Virus record (IMG/VR): IMGVR_UViG_3300038758_000056
Length of the DNA: 44,187 bases
Source of the DNA: a virus
Strand: one strand, 5' to 3'
Positions 7,803-17,038 of this stretch are shown one piece after another. A model generated the notes under the pieces. The model worked only from the letters and a program-made list of their open reading frames with translations, was not told where the DNA came from and did not search any database. The position numbers and the translations under genes were made by a program. Every line of letters begins with the position of its first letter. Position 1 is the stretch's first letter.

Positions 7803-8018
7803 TTAGTTCTGAGAAGCCGTTATCTGCTCCTGCTGTGCCTGATACGCTAACAACTCATCAGTATTAGCGCACGTGTCGAATATCCCATCCACTTGGTCTC
7901 TTAGATTGCGATACTTGTAGTGCATCCAGATTAAAAGGCAAAGACCTATAAAACTGAATAGCAGGACTACTAGGTTGATTATCAGGATTATCGTTATGAT
8001 AAAAACAACCTCACTCAT
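7803..8018 (-). CDS. Small membrane protein
   Basis: One long hydrophobic segment (VVFIITIILIINLVVLLFSFIGLCLLIW). 4-nt overlap with the upstream gene. Confidence 0.6.
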   Translation of the reverse strand: MSEVVFIITIILIINLVVLLFSFIGLCLLIWMHYKYRNLRDQVDGIFDTCANTDELLAYQAQQEQITASQN

Positions 8019-9046
8019 CGAATCTTGCCGTCAATAATCGAAAGGTTATCAACTTCAAATTCACCTTTTTCATCTACGTAAACAAACGCAAACCCGTGAT
8101 TCCACTTATTAACGGGCATGTACTGAGGGTGCATCTCACAAAGACAACCAGTAGACCAAGTTGTAACTACCTTACCTTCCATATTCTTTTCAGTATGGCT
8201 AGACGTTTGGTGATTGTGTCCACAGATTACTGTAGTCTTTGACCTCATGTAGTAACCTCGTGCTGGATTAACAGGACTAAAGACAGACCGCCCGAACTCG
8301 TGGCCGTGCATGATGTTCAGTTTACCAGCCTTTATGATCCGCTTATCCTGTATTAGATCACAACCCAGCTCACCAAACCTTAATAAGGTGTCTAAGGTGA
8401 ACTCAGGCGCGCCCAATAACTCAGGCGCTTTTGATCTCATGTAAGCCTCATACCTTTCTTCATGGTTGCCAAGTTTGAAGTAAAAAGGAACTCCAGGAAA
8501 CTGCTCTCTAAAGACCTTTAAAAGCTGTCTGGTGGCTTCTAACTCTTCTGCGAATCTTCGCTTTCGTGGGTCTTTTTCGTATCGAGACAAGGCGTAACAG
8601 TCCACCGTATCGCCATTGAATACAATCGCGTTGGCTTTCTTTTCCTTTCCGTACTCAATCGCTTTCGTAATTGCCTCAATATTATGGTATGGTACGTGAA
8701 TATCAGAAAGAAGTAGGATTCTAGTACACGCTTTTGGCAATACATACGCATCCCATTCGTCCTCATCTGAATCAGGTAACCCGTAGGGGTTTGGTATGCC
8801 TAAAGCAATAGCCGCCTCTGCTCTTTTTGTTGTGTGCGACCTATCTGATAACTTCTCACGAAGTTCTTTACCCGATTGACCCTTATAGTATCTAAGCCTA
8901 GCACGAACATGCTCAACATCTCGAAATACCTCTGGATTCTCTTTATAGATTAACTTAGCTAATGACTTAGTAGGGGTGTTCTTCCATCTTGAATCATTAA
9001 GATATTCTAAGATAGTCTCACCTGATACTGTTCGTTTTCCTGCCAT
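8015..9046 (-). CDS. Calcineurin-like metallophosphoesterase
   Basis: Motifs LLLSDIHVPYH, NGDTVDC, GNHE, GHEF, CGHNH in the canonical order. Confidence 0.8.
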   Translation of the reverse strand: MAGKRTVSGETILEYLNDSRWKNTPTKSLAKLIYKENPEVFRDVEHVRARLRYYKGQSGKELREKLSDRSHTTKRAEAAIALGIPNPYGLPDSDEDEWDAYVLPKACTRILLLSDIHVPYHNIEAITKAIEYGKEKKANAIVFNGDTVDCYALSRYEKDPRKRRFAEELEATRQLLKVFREQFPGVPFYFKLGNHEERYEAYMRSKAPELLGAPEFTLDTLLRFGELGCDLIQDKRIIKAGKLNIMHGHEFGRSVFSPVNPARGYYMRSKTTVICGHNHQTSSHTEKNMEGKVVTTWSTGCLCEMHPQYMPVNKWNHGFAFVYVDEKGEFEVDNLSIIDGKIR

Positions 9047-9050
9047 GTTT

Positions 9051-9260
9051 TCAGTCGTCTTGGGCGTGTAGCGTGTTAGCTAAAACAGGGTCTAGTATCC
9101 TTATCAATTCAAGGTCTTTTAACCACTCGTCCTTAGCCGCTTGTTTCTCTTCGTCTGTTGAGCCTATTCCTAGCTTCGCCTGTCTCGCTGCGTTTATCTT
9201 TAGAAAGTGGTCAACGAACCGCTTAACGCATTTGCAGGAAGGGTAGCAGGTCTCGGTCAT
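9051..9260 (-). CDS. Hypothetical protein
   Basis: ORF in operon context. Confidence 0.55.
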   Translation of the reverse strand: MTETCYPSCKCVKRFVDHFLKINAARQAKLGIGSTDEEKQAAKDEWLKDLELIRILDPVLANTLHAQDD

Positions 9261-9427
9261 TTTGATTTAGATAACCACTTCGGGTAAATGATTTCACCGT
9301 TACCATAGCACTCAATATGCGTAATGGTATTCTTCCTCGCAAATTTCAGCAAGTCCAAAGCCTCACTCATAGATAGGTTGGGGTGAAGTTTTCTAATATG
9401 GTCTAGTCGTAACCTTCCGTTGTTCAT
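9257..9427 (-). CDS. Hypothetical protein, 56 aa
   Basis: Manual translation MNNGRLRLDHIRKLHPNLSMSEALDLLKFARKNTITHIECYGNGEIIYPKWLSKSK. ATGA overlaps on both sides. Confidence 0.45.
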   Translation of the reverse strand: MNNGRLRLDHIRKLHPNLSMSEALDLLKFARKNTITHIECYGNGEIIYPKWLSKSK

Positions 9428-10008
9428 CGTTTAAGTCTTATTACTTGTCCTACTCTTAACGTGGCAAAGTGTGACTCCCCAGCCATGTAGCCTAATGAGA
9501 AATAAGTCCCACTTTTAAACTTCAATCCTAAGTCCACGCCCCCAAATATAGAGTTAAATTCGTTATTGTAACTAATACCCGTTCCCATCTGAGCCGATAA
9601 GATTAACTGAAAACGGTCTGGTTTGTAGGTGTTTACTATCGTTGGTCTTAGAATCTTGTAAGCAAATGAACGCCCAACAATCTCATTTTGATAGATGGTA
9701 TCAGTAATAGTAGCCTCTATATTAGTGTCCCGCCTAACGTCCTCAAACGTCTTTAGACTGTCCATCCATTGCGTTACTATCGCTAACGTGTCGTGCTTGG
9801 TTAGCGTAATAGTATCTCTTATTAGTTTTGGGACTTCGCGGTAGTGTATCGTTTCAACAACCTTTGGAATCTCCTTAATAATAACACGCTCGGTTGTGTC
9901 GTAGATGTATTCAGTTTCAACTCTAACGTTATCAGGGCCACAACCTCTGAACAGGAAGAAAGCGATTAGTAGTGCAACGGCTATAATGTAACCTAGATAC
10001 TTTTGCAT
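9424..10008 (-). CDS. Putative lipoprotein or membrane protein
   Basis: N-terminal signal/TM segment ending in FRGC (lipobox-like). First gene of the minus-strand operon. Confidence 0.5.
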   Translation of the reverse strand: MQKYLGYIIAVALLIAFFLFRGCGPDNVRVETEYIYDTTERVIIKEIPKVVETIHYREVPKLIRDTITLTKHDTLAIVTQWMDSLKTFEDVRRDTNIEATITDTIYQNEIVGRSFAYKILRPTIVNTYKPDRFQLILSAQMGTGISYNNEFNSIFGGVDLGLKFKSGTYFSLGYMAGESHFATLRVGQVIRLKR

Positions 10009-10009
10009 T

Positions 10010-10034
10010 TGTCAAAAATAACGTTTATTATTGA
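10010..10034. promoter_or_regulatory. 25-bp imperfect palindrome GTCAAAAATAAC-G-TTTATTATTGAC in the divergent promoter region
   Basis: 10 of 12 arm positions are complementary. Shares the 11-mer TATTATTGACG with 20849..20859. Confidence 0.35.
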
Positions 10035-10182
10035 CGGGTGAATGTAGACCGATTTTCATTCAACGATGTAGCTATGGCACGTATCCCGAAGGGTATGGGC
10101 TATAGCGTGTGTTGTACACTGGCACGGTATATCAGCACAAAACTAACTACGAAGCAATACAGTAATAATTAAATATTGAGCG

Positions 10183-10422
10183 ATGGCCTTAGAGAAATTA
10201 GACGAAAAAGGGTTTGTATTCATCGATGGTAACAATAGACCGTATTGGTGCAGAATGTACTACGGAAAGCCAGTATGGATGAGGTGGAACGAAGGAACAA
10301 AATCATGGATTACATACAGAGAAATAACGCAGAGCGAGGTGTGGCAATCTGAACTTATGAAGATACCCGATGAGCAAGCAAACATCTACCACGAAAAGCA
10401 TGATAAATTCATAAACGGATGA
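10183..10422 (+). CDS. Hypothetical protein
   Basis: ORF. Its leader is near-identical to that of 40882..41655. Confidence 0.6.
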   Translation: MALEKLDEKGFVFIDGNNRPYWCRMYYGKPVWMRWNEGTKSWITYREITQSEVWQSELMKIPDEQANIYHEKHDKFING

Positions 10423-10634
10423 GAGTTAAATGGAAATATGTTAGGCCATTGCATACTATACCAGAAATGTATTGGAGTGAAGATTTATCATTGCTTGATG
10501 TTGATTACGAGGGCGATGTTATCGGGACAACCAAAAGTTTTTGGGGAACGACATACCTAACAGTTGCTTGCGATGATGGAAAGGTTAGAGAATGCCCCAT
10601 ACGCAAAGCCGTAATTGTGCGTGGGAATATTTAA
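10419..10634 (+). CDS. Hypothetical protein
   Basis: ORF overlapping the previous gene by 4 nt. Confidence 0.6.
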   Translation: MRVKWKYVRPLHTIPEMYWSEDLSLLDVDYEGDVIGTTKSFWGTTYLTVACDDGKVRECPIRKAVIVRGNI

Positions 10635-10886
10635 TTATGGACGCTAAACACCTACACCCGAACGATGCACTGACAGAGCATGTGTTTTTATCTGATGTTG
10701 GCAAAAACGAAGTGTCGTTTTAATGTTTGCCAACGGTTTGATAAGTGGCGCGATAGTGGCATTTATCACAGGTTGACGGAAATTGATTAATTTTGTACCA
10801 ATGACACCACTACAGATACTGGCTATTATCATGACGGCTTACGTCTTGGGGAGCATTGCGTATGAGTGTCTTAAATCGAGGCGGTA

Positions 10887-11246
10887 ATGGCTGATCTAAA
10901 AGCGAGGGCTTTAGAAGCAATACAAGAGAACAACCTAATGTTCTTTGATGAAATACAGCACTACGTTAAAGAATGTAGGGCAACGCTGTATAACAAGGGC
11001 TTAGATAAAATAGACGAGATAAAAGAGGCTTTAGATTCTAACAAGGTTAGTACTAAGGTTAGTATGCGAAAGAAGTGGTATGCATCAGACAATGCGACTC
11101 TTCAAGTAGCCCTAATGAAATTGATCTGCTCCGACGATGAAGCACACCGATTAAACGGAAGTAGAACAGAGTCTAAGATTGACTTCGATAAAGAAGACCT
11201 CAAGAAGCTAAGTGTAGAATTTATAAACGGAAAAGATGGCGTGTGA
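10887..11246 (+). CDS. Hypothetical protein (weak resemblance to HTH-type small terminase subunits)
   Basis: The ORF is clear. The TerS idea rests only on size and a loose helical pattern. Confidence 0.5.
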   Translation: MADLKARALEAIQENNLMFFDEIQHYVKECRATLYNKGLDKIDEIKEALDSNKVSTKVSMRKKWYASDNATLQVALMKLICSDDEAHRLNGSRTESKIDFDKEDLKKLSVEFINGKDGV

Positions 11247-11610
11247 AGCGTGTACACAAATGAAGCCTTTAACTAGGTGTAACGGTAGAATATCAATGGG
11301 TAGGTACACTTCCAACACTACCAACCTTTACGTTTACTTTGAGAACCTAGCTACTAGACAGGTAAAGAGGTATGAGACCACCACGGACGGGGCTAGCCTC
11401 ATAACTCTACAACACGAAGATTCATTAGCACCTAACACGACTTATAGAATCTGGCTTAACGAGGAATCATTAACGCAATCCGAGCAAGTTAATTGGACGC
11501 TCCCAGACCTGACAACTTCGGTTAGTTGTGTGATTCAAAGATTTGTTGATGTATTTGATGCGGATGGAAATAGAGTAGAACAGTCAACCGTAACAATGGA
11601 AGCGGCATGA
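11236..11610 (+). CDS. Hypothetical protein
   Basis: ORF in operon context. Confidence 0.6.
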   Translation: MACEACTQMKPLTRCNGRISMGRYTSNTTNLYVYFENLATRQVKRYETTTDGASLITLQHEDSLAPNTTYRIWLNEESLTQSEQVNWTLPDLTTSVSCVIQRFVDVFDADGNRVEQSTVTMEAA

Positions 11611-11945
11611 TATTACTCTGCCTTGTTATTGCAGCCGCCTGTGTTGGTACGCATATCGTCATTAATGCACTACTAAGCCATTTCACGAGCTATAACGCAG
11701 AAGATTGGTATGAGGAGTTGCATGATGTAGATGAGTTGTTTCGACCCGTTAAGAACTGGAAGACCCATCTAGCAAAGCCTTTATTCGCGTGTGTAACCTG
11801 CATGGCTTCGATATGGGGAACTTTTTACTACATCTTACTAGCTCCAATACACTTGAGGGAGTGGGAGTTGGTATTTTGCTACGTGCCTACGTTGATGATA
11901 GTGGCACTGCTTAACACTTGGATTTACAAGATGTACAACAGGTGA
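11607..11945 (+). CDS. Membrane protein (3-4 predicted TM segments)
   Basis: Hydrophobic stretches LLCLVIAAACVGTHIVINALL, FACVTCMASIWGTFYYILLAPI, VFCYVPTLMIVALLNTWI. Confidence 0.6.
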   Translation: MILLCLVIAAACVGTHIVINALLSHFTSYNAEDWYEELHDVDELFRPVKNWKTHLAKPLFACVTCMASIWGTFYYILLAPIHLREWELVFCYVPTLMIVALLNTWIYKMYNR

Positions 11946-12136
11946 GAAAGTTCGGGGGGAAAACGTCAGGCTTTGCAAGCCGAGCAGAAGAAGCCTTTGA
12001 AAAGAGACACCTAAAAGCATATCTTGCGGGAAAGTCTTATTTTCGTTGCGGGTATAAGATTGAGAAGGGGCGAAAGCGTCCTGTCTTTTACAAGGTTAAA
12101 GTGATTTATGAGGGCATTGATATTCAAACTCCTTAA
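11918..12136 (+). CDS. Small basic hypothetical protein (start uncertain)
   Basis: ORF; a GTG overlapping the preceding stop is an alternative start. Confidence 0.4.
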   Translation: MDLQDVQQVRKFGGKTSGFASRAEEAFEKRHLKAYLAGKSYFRCGYKIEKGRKRPVFYKVKVIYEGIDIQTP

Positions 12137-12761
12137 CTGGATAGGCCGCGAAACCGTCTTAGAGTGGGTTAATGATAAGTTGACCAGACCAGACGGAGGT
12201 AACCAATTAGAGTTGGCGTTCTTGGACGACAAGGGCCGCGCTTACTACAGATACCCAGACGGGTTGATGCCTGTTGTTAGGATGGGTGAGATTCAAACGT
12301 ACACAAGCTACTTAGCCGTTTCATTAACATCAGACCTGATAAACCAAGCGTTTGATGACTGCGAGGTCTATCTAGCCAAGGGTGAAACAATGAAGGTAGG
12401 GGCTGTTTTAACGTCTCTAAAGGACTTTCAGCGTAGATGCGTTAATATAGACGCAATGCTTAATATCCTCGCAGCAAGCTACGTTAGAGAAGATGAGAAC
12501 GCTAATGGGTTCGACACTAGGGTTCACGATGAGAAATTAAAGTTTCTAGATTCAAAGATTGACGATACCGCTTTTTTTTTCAATCAACGGGAATCGAGAG
12601 AACTATTCAAAAGGTACAATCTTTCCACAAAGGATGCGTTGGAATTACAGAAAAGCTACCAGGCAATGAAAAGTCAACACCTAAACAGGATGGAAGCTAT
12701 CGGTGGCACGAAGTACATCAGAACATCCAGCGAAACGCCTACACCTTCCGAAAGTTCGTGA
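12108..12761 (+). CDS. Putative tail assembly chaperone (G-like)
   Basis: Sits immediately upstream of the tape measure gene. Contains a T9 slippery run at 12572..12580 with an open -1 frame. Confidence 0.5.
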   Translation: MRALIFKLLNWIGRETVLEWVNDKLTRPDGGNQLELAFLDDKGRAYYRYPDGLMPVVRMGEIQTYTSYLAVSLTSDLINQAFDDCEVYLAKGETMKVGAVLTSLKDFQRRCVNIDAMLNILAASYVREDENANGFDTRVHDEKLKFLDSKIDDTAFFFNQRESRELFKRYNLSTKDALELQKSYQAMKSQHLNRMEAIGGTKYIRTSSETPTPSESS

Positions 12762-12883
12762 GAATGGTAGCGGGGGACGATGCGACCTTTGATAGATTCT
12801 GGTCTAAACCATCTAGCGAGTTCTTAGTAGAATTGACTATTTTTGTAGACGAAAAGGCAAAGGCTATCAAAGCTCAATCCTAA
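12572..12883 (+). CDS. -1 frame extension of the chaperone (putative G-T-like frameshift product, C-terminal part)
   Basis: The -1 frame is open from 12563 to the TAA at 12881..12883 (checked codon by codon). It covers the otherwise non-coding 12762..12883 gap and ends 41 nt before the tape measure ATG. Confidence 0.45.
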   Translation, partial: FFFQSTGIERTIQKVQSFHKGCVGITEKLPGNEKSTPKQDGSYRWHEVHQNIQRNAYTFRKFVRMVAGDDATFDRFWSKPSSEFLVELTIFVDEKAKAIKAQS

Positions 12884-12924
12884 GTTGCCGCTGTCAGGCA
12901 TTAAACGACTGCTAAACGCATCGA

Positions 12925-15120
12925 ATGGCTGACGAAGTAATTGCTAAATATAAGGCAGACCTAAAAGACTATAATTCCCAAATAGACAAGGGAACGAAGC
13001 AAGCTCAGAAAGACTTTGACAAGGTCGATGAGTCTGCGTCTGGTCTTAATAAGACTATGGGTAAGTTGGGCGCGGCTGTTGCGGCTGCGTTTGCAGTTGA
13101 TAGGATTGTGGCGTTTACTGCTGAGGCTTCTAAGTTAGCTGCTGAGGGTGAGGGTGTGAGAAGGGCGTTTGAGCGAATAGGCGACCCTAAATTACTACAA
13201 GGATTAAGAGACGCAACGAGAGGGACGGTATCCGACCTTGAGTTGATGAAGAGCGCGGTAAGGGCTTCTAACTTTAAGATACCACTTCAAGACCTTGCTA
13301 AGTTATTTGAGTTCGCAAGACGTAGAGCGAAGGAGACGGGGGAGGAGGTTGACTACCTAGTTAACTCTATCGTGCTTGGTATTGGCCGTAAGTCTCCGCT
13401 AATACTTGACAACCTTGGAATATCAGCGGTCGAGCTTAGAAAGAAGCTAAAGGGCGTTGGTGTTGAAGCTGCTAGTGTTGGCGACATCTCTAAGATTATT
13501 GGAGAGATAGCAACCGAGGAAATGCGTAAAATGGGTAATGAGGTTGTTACAACCAAAGACCGCATGGATCAGCTGGCCGCATCGACAGCCAACTTCAAAG
13601 AGAAATTCGGTGCTATCATAAACGAGAACATAGTTCTAACCGCCTTTGACCAGTTAGAGAAGTTCAATAGTGAGGTGCAAGAGACCAATGATGTGCTAGC
13701 TAAGTTAGCTGAAAGGTATGATGGTTTCGATGGGTTCACGACTGTAGTAACAAACGTTGTTAACGGCCTATTAGAGCCGTTCAAGGTGGCTAATAGAATC
13801 ACTAAGGAGTTCGCTGATAATATTGATGCGGCAACCTTGAAGCTAGATGAGTTTAGAATGATCTCGGATATGCTCTCAAGAGGGCGCATTGATGAGATAC
13901 AGAAATTTCTAAAGTTGAGCGATGAAGCTCAGGAAATGCAAATCAGGAGGTATGGTAGAGAGGCCGAGGCGTTAGATATAACAGAGGATGCATTAAGAAT
14001 GCAAGAGCGTCTAAGAAAGGAGATGCAGAAGCAATTCGAGGTTAAGAAGGCCGCGCAAGTAATACAGGCCAACACAATTAAGAACGCTGCTTATTGGGCT
14101 AAGATCGTCAAAGACCTACAGGCAGAGCAGATGGCGCAAAACACTACGTTAGAGCGTCAAGCTGCTATCATTCCTGAGTTGTCTCACGCAATGTCTGAGT
14201 TGAACAGGTTACTAGGTAAGGCTGCGAAGTCATCTAAAGCATTTAACGACACGTTAGATAAAGAGGATAAGCATAACGTAGAAGGCATGACGGGCGCGGT
14301 TTACGGGCTTGCAGACGCTTTGAAGGAGGCTAATAAAGGGTTTGACGCTGCCGCTGCTGTAGCGTCTGAAAATCAGAAGCAAATGGATGCGGCTGATGAA
14401 CAGATAAGGATTGACAACAAGGTAACAGCGCAACGCAAACAGAACTTCCTTACATACGTAGATGCGGCTAGTAGTGCTTTCGGTCAGGTTGCGGCTATTG
14501 CAATGGAGCAGACCAGGCAGCAAGTAGAGTTTGAACAGAACCTATTGAATCAGAAGTTTCAGCAAGGGCTACTAACTGAGGAAGAGTTCACTAGACAATC
14601 AGGTGAATTAAAGAGAAAGCAAGCGCAACAGGCTAAAGATCTTCGTTTGTTTGAAACCATAATCAACACAGCATCGGGTATTGTATCAGCATTAGCACAG
14701 ACACCACCTAACGTGCCGCAATCTATCGCCACGGGCGTTGCGGGTGCTTTACAGGCTGGTTTGATAGCTAGTCAGCCAATACCACAATTTGCAAGGGGGA
14801 CGCTAGATGCGCCCGCTGGATTTAAGATAGTGGGAGAGGAAGGGCCAGAGCTTATCTATGATGGTGGGGGCTATCCTGTTATTACCCATGAAGAATCAAT
14901 GAAGATTCTGGAAAAGTATCACATTCCAACGGTTGATATTGGTAGAATAGAATCAGGCGGCTTTGAGGGAATGGCTGAATCTGCGAAGCTGAATGGTTTT
15001 AATGATATGAACCTATTGCAAGCCACCGATAGGCTTAGACAGTCTAACAAGCAAGGGTTTGTCTACATGGCCGACCGTATATCAGAATCACTAAAGAAGT
15101 CTAGTAGAAATGAGTGGTAA
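12925..15120 (+). CDS. Tail tape measure protein
   Basis: 731 aa, long Ala/Gln/Glu-rich helical protein, in the canonical position after the chaperone. Confidence 0.85.
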   Translation: MADEVIAKYKADLKDYNSQIDKGTKQAQKDFDKVDESASGLNKTMGKLGAAVAAAFAVDRIVAFTAEASKLAAEGEGVRRAFERIGDPKLLQGLRDATRGTVSDLELMKSAVRASNFKIPLQDLAKLFEFARRRAKETGEEVDYLVNSIVLGIGRKSPLILDNLGISAVELRKKLKGVGVEAASVGDISKIIGEIATEEMRKMGNEVVTTKDRMDQLAASTANFKEKFGAIINENIVLTAFDQLEKFNSEVQETNDVLAKLAERYDGFDGFTTVVTNVVNGLLEPFKVANRITKEFADNIDAATLKLDEFRMISDMLSRGRIDEIQKFLKLSDEAQEMQIRRYGREAEALDITEDALRMQERLRKEMQKQFEVKKAAQVIQANTIKNAAYWAKIVKDLQAEQMAQNTTLERQAAIIPELSHAMSELNRLLGKAAKSSKAFNDTLDKEDKHNVEGMTGAVYGLADALKEANKGFDAAAAVASENQKQMDAADEQIRIDNKVTAQRKQNFLTYVDAASSAFGQVAAIAMEQTRQQVEFEQNLLNQKFQQGLLTEEEFTRQSGELKRKQAQQAKDLRLFETIINTASGIVSALAQTPPNVPQSIATGVAGALQAGLIASQPIPQFARGTLDAPAGFKIVGEEGPELIYDGGGYPVITHEESMKILEKYHIPTVDIGRIESGGFEGMAESAKLNGFNDMNLLQATDRLRQSNKQGFVYMADRISESLKKSSRNEW

Positions 15121-17038
15121 TGCCATACGTTTTTATTTAGACGGCACTCAGTACGACAGCCCTGATGGCTGGATGGAAACATCTACAGAAGTGTCTGTTG
15201 ACCACAACAGTCAAATTATAGCTATAGACTACACTCAGGAATACACGTGGCATGGGGGCGCGTTCACGTATCTATACAACAAGGCTTTGTCGGGCGCGTG
15301 TGAGTTGGTGGATGTGCTGATTGAGATTGAAAGCGATGGGCTACATGAATTGAATGGGGTTATTTTTTTACCATCAATCGTGTTTAACGAAACTGAGAGA
15401 AGCTGCACATGCAAGGTCGAGGACGATGCTTTTAGCGCAAGGATTCAAAACAACAAGTCAACAGAGATAGACTTAGGCTCTGAAACATCAAAGAACGGGG
15501 TCGCCATAAGCACCGTTAGGCATGAGGTGTCTGTGTTCAAGCCTTCTGATGGCACTTACTACACAGACGAAGCTACAGGGTTCAAAGTTTACTGGGCGTT
15601 CTCTAAGTTGGTTCATTGGATGTCTGACTTCAAAGTTGGGTTTAAGTCTGACTACTTCAACACGGGTGACGGCTCTAACGCTTGGATAACATCCGCTCCT
15701 AACTTAAGAGGCAGGGCAAACGCGGAAGACCCTACTTGTTCATTTAAGCAGCTTTACGACACGTTCAGAGCGTTGCGTAATATCGCTATGGGCTTTGAAA
15801 GGATAAACGGCGCACCTTACGTTGTGATTGAGCATATCAGTTATTTTAGAGCCTCATCCAATGCGGTTATCATAAGCGATGCGCACGAGACAGAGCTTAG
15901 TTTTATTCAAGACTTGCTGTATTCAAGGGTTGAAGTAGGCGGTGAGATTCTAAGAGACTTCCAATGCGACTCAGGAAACACAGCATGCGATGCTTCTAAT
16001 AACATATTGAACTATGGCTTTGAGCGTGAGGTTTACCCGATAACCGGAGAGTGTAATAGAGACCAGAGATTAGACCTATCAATAGACTCTAAGTTTATTG
16101 TTGACACCAACAAGATACAAGAGGTTGTAGAGTTTGAAAGCGAAGCGTACGATGACAAGGTTTTCATAATAGAAACAGACACAACCCTCACCACTTTTGC
16201 AGATAAAAGCGACCCGTTGAACCTTGATGAGAATTGGTATAACGAAGCCTACACGAATCGAAAGGTTATTGAGAGGTATCAAGACTACCTAACGGGTTCT
16301 TTGACGGCTTACGGGGTTAACAATGGCGTTCACCAATTCCAAGCTGAGAAGGTTGGTGGTATACTAATAAACGTGGTTCAAGCTCCTGCGTGGACTAATA
16401 ATGGAATTGTATTTGACGATGAGACAACCCCGCCTAACTTTGACCAAGACGGAGCTTATGATAATGTGACGGGTGAATACACACCAGGAGACGAGGGAGC
16501 ATATAAGTTTCAGTTTACAGGAATCTGGCAGTCAATAACACCTCCAACGGTTGCGGGTAACATTATCACATTCAGAATACAAATAGACCACTACGATTCA
16601 GGCGGGACACTTCTAACAACATACAACGGCACACAGTATAGTCAAACCACAAATTTCGGGGCAACTGCGATAACTCACGACACTGATTACATCAGTATGG
16701 ATGAGAACGACTATTTAAAAGTAAGATTAGAAACACAGCAGAGTTTACCAGTTGGAACACACCCCGCGCAAGTTCAATTCGATGACTTTACATGGTTGAC
16801 AACTGACGTTAGGGCTGTTCAAATAGTGGGGCAAACCAACACGGGAAACCTTCGCGCCCCGCTAAAGACATCTACTAATTTTCCATTATCAATAGAGGAA
16901 GGTGTAGCATATTTGAACGACACGAAGAAAACGCTGAGGATTCAAAACCAGAACATAGATAGAAGTGGATGGGTTCACAGATTCAAGCAGAACCTTTACA
17001 CGGGTGAATCAGAAATTGAAATGATAAGCAATGGCTAA
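15110..17038 (+). CDS. Tail or baseplate protein (distal tail protein position)
   Basis: Large ORF overlapping the tape measure stop. Assigned by position only. Confidence 0.45.
   Translation: MSGNAIRFYLDGTQYDSPDGWMETSTEVSVDHNSQIIAIDYTQEYTWHGGAFTYLYNKALSGACELVDVLIEIESDGLHELNGVIFLPSIVFNETERSCTCKVEDDAFSARIQNNKSTEIDLGSETSKNGVAISTVRHEVSVFKPSDGTYYTDEATGFKVYWAFSKLVHWMSDFKVGFKSDYFNTGDGSNAWITSAPNLRGRANAEDPTCSFKQLYDTFRALRNIAMGFERINGAPYVVIEHISYFRASSNAVIISDAHETELSFIQDLLYSRVEVGGEILRDFQCDSGNTACDASNNILNYGFEREVYPITGECNRDQRLDLSIDSKFIVDTNKIQEVVEFESEAYDDKVFIIETDTTLTTFADKSDPLNLDENWYNEAYTNRKVIERYQDYLTGSLTAYGVNNGVHQFQAEKVGGILINVVQAPAWTNNGIVFDDETTPPNFDQDGAYDNVTGEYTPGDEGAYKFQFTGIWQSITPPTVAGNIITFRIQIDHYDSGGTLLTTYNGTQYSQTTNFGATAITHDTDYISMDENDYLKVRLETQQSLPVGTHPAQVQFDDFTWLTTDVRAVQIVGQTNTGNLRAPLKTSTNFPLSIEEGVAYLNDTKKTLRIQNQNIDRSGWVHRFKQNLYTGESEIEMISNG

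Noticed and set aside
10644-10832. A 62-aa minus-strand ORF between plus-strand genes.
   Set aside because: It is opposite to the surrounding operon. The plus strand here carries three tiny coupled ORFs instead (28, 17 and 28 codons, the last overlapping the 10887 ATG as TAATG). None is strong enough to call.
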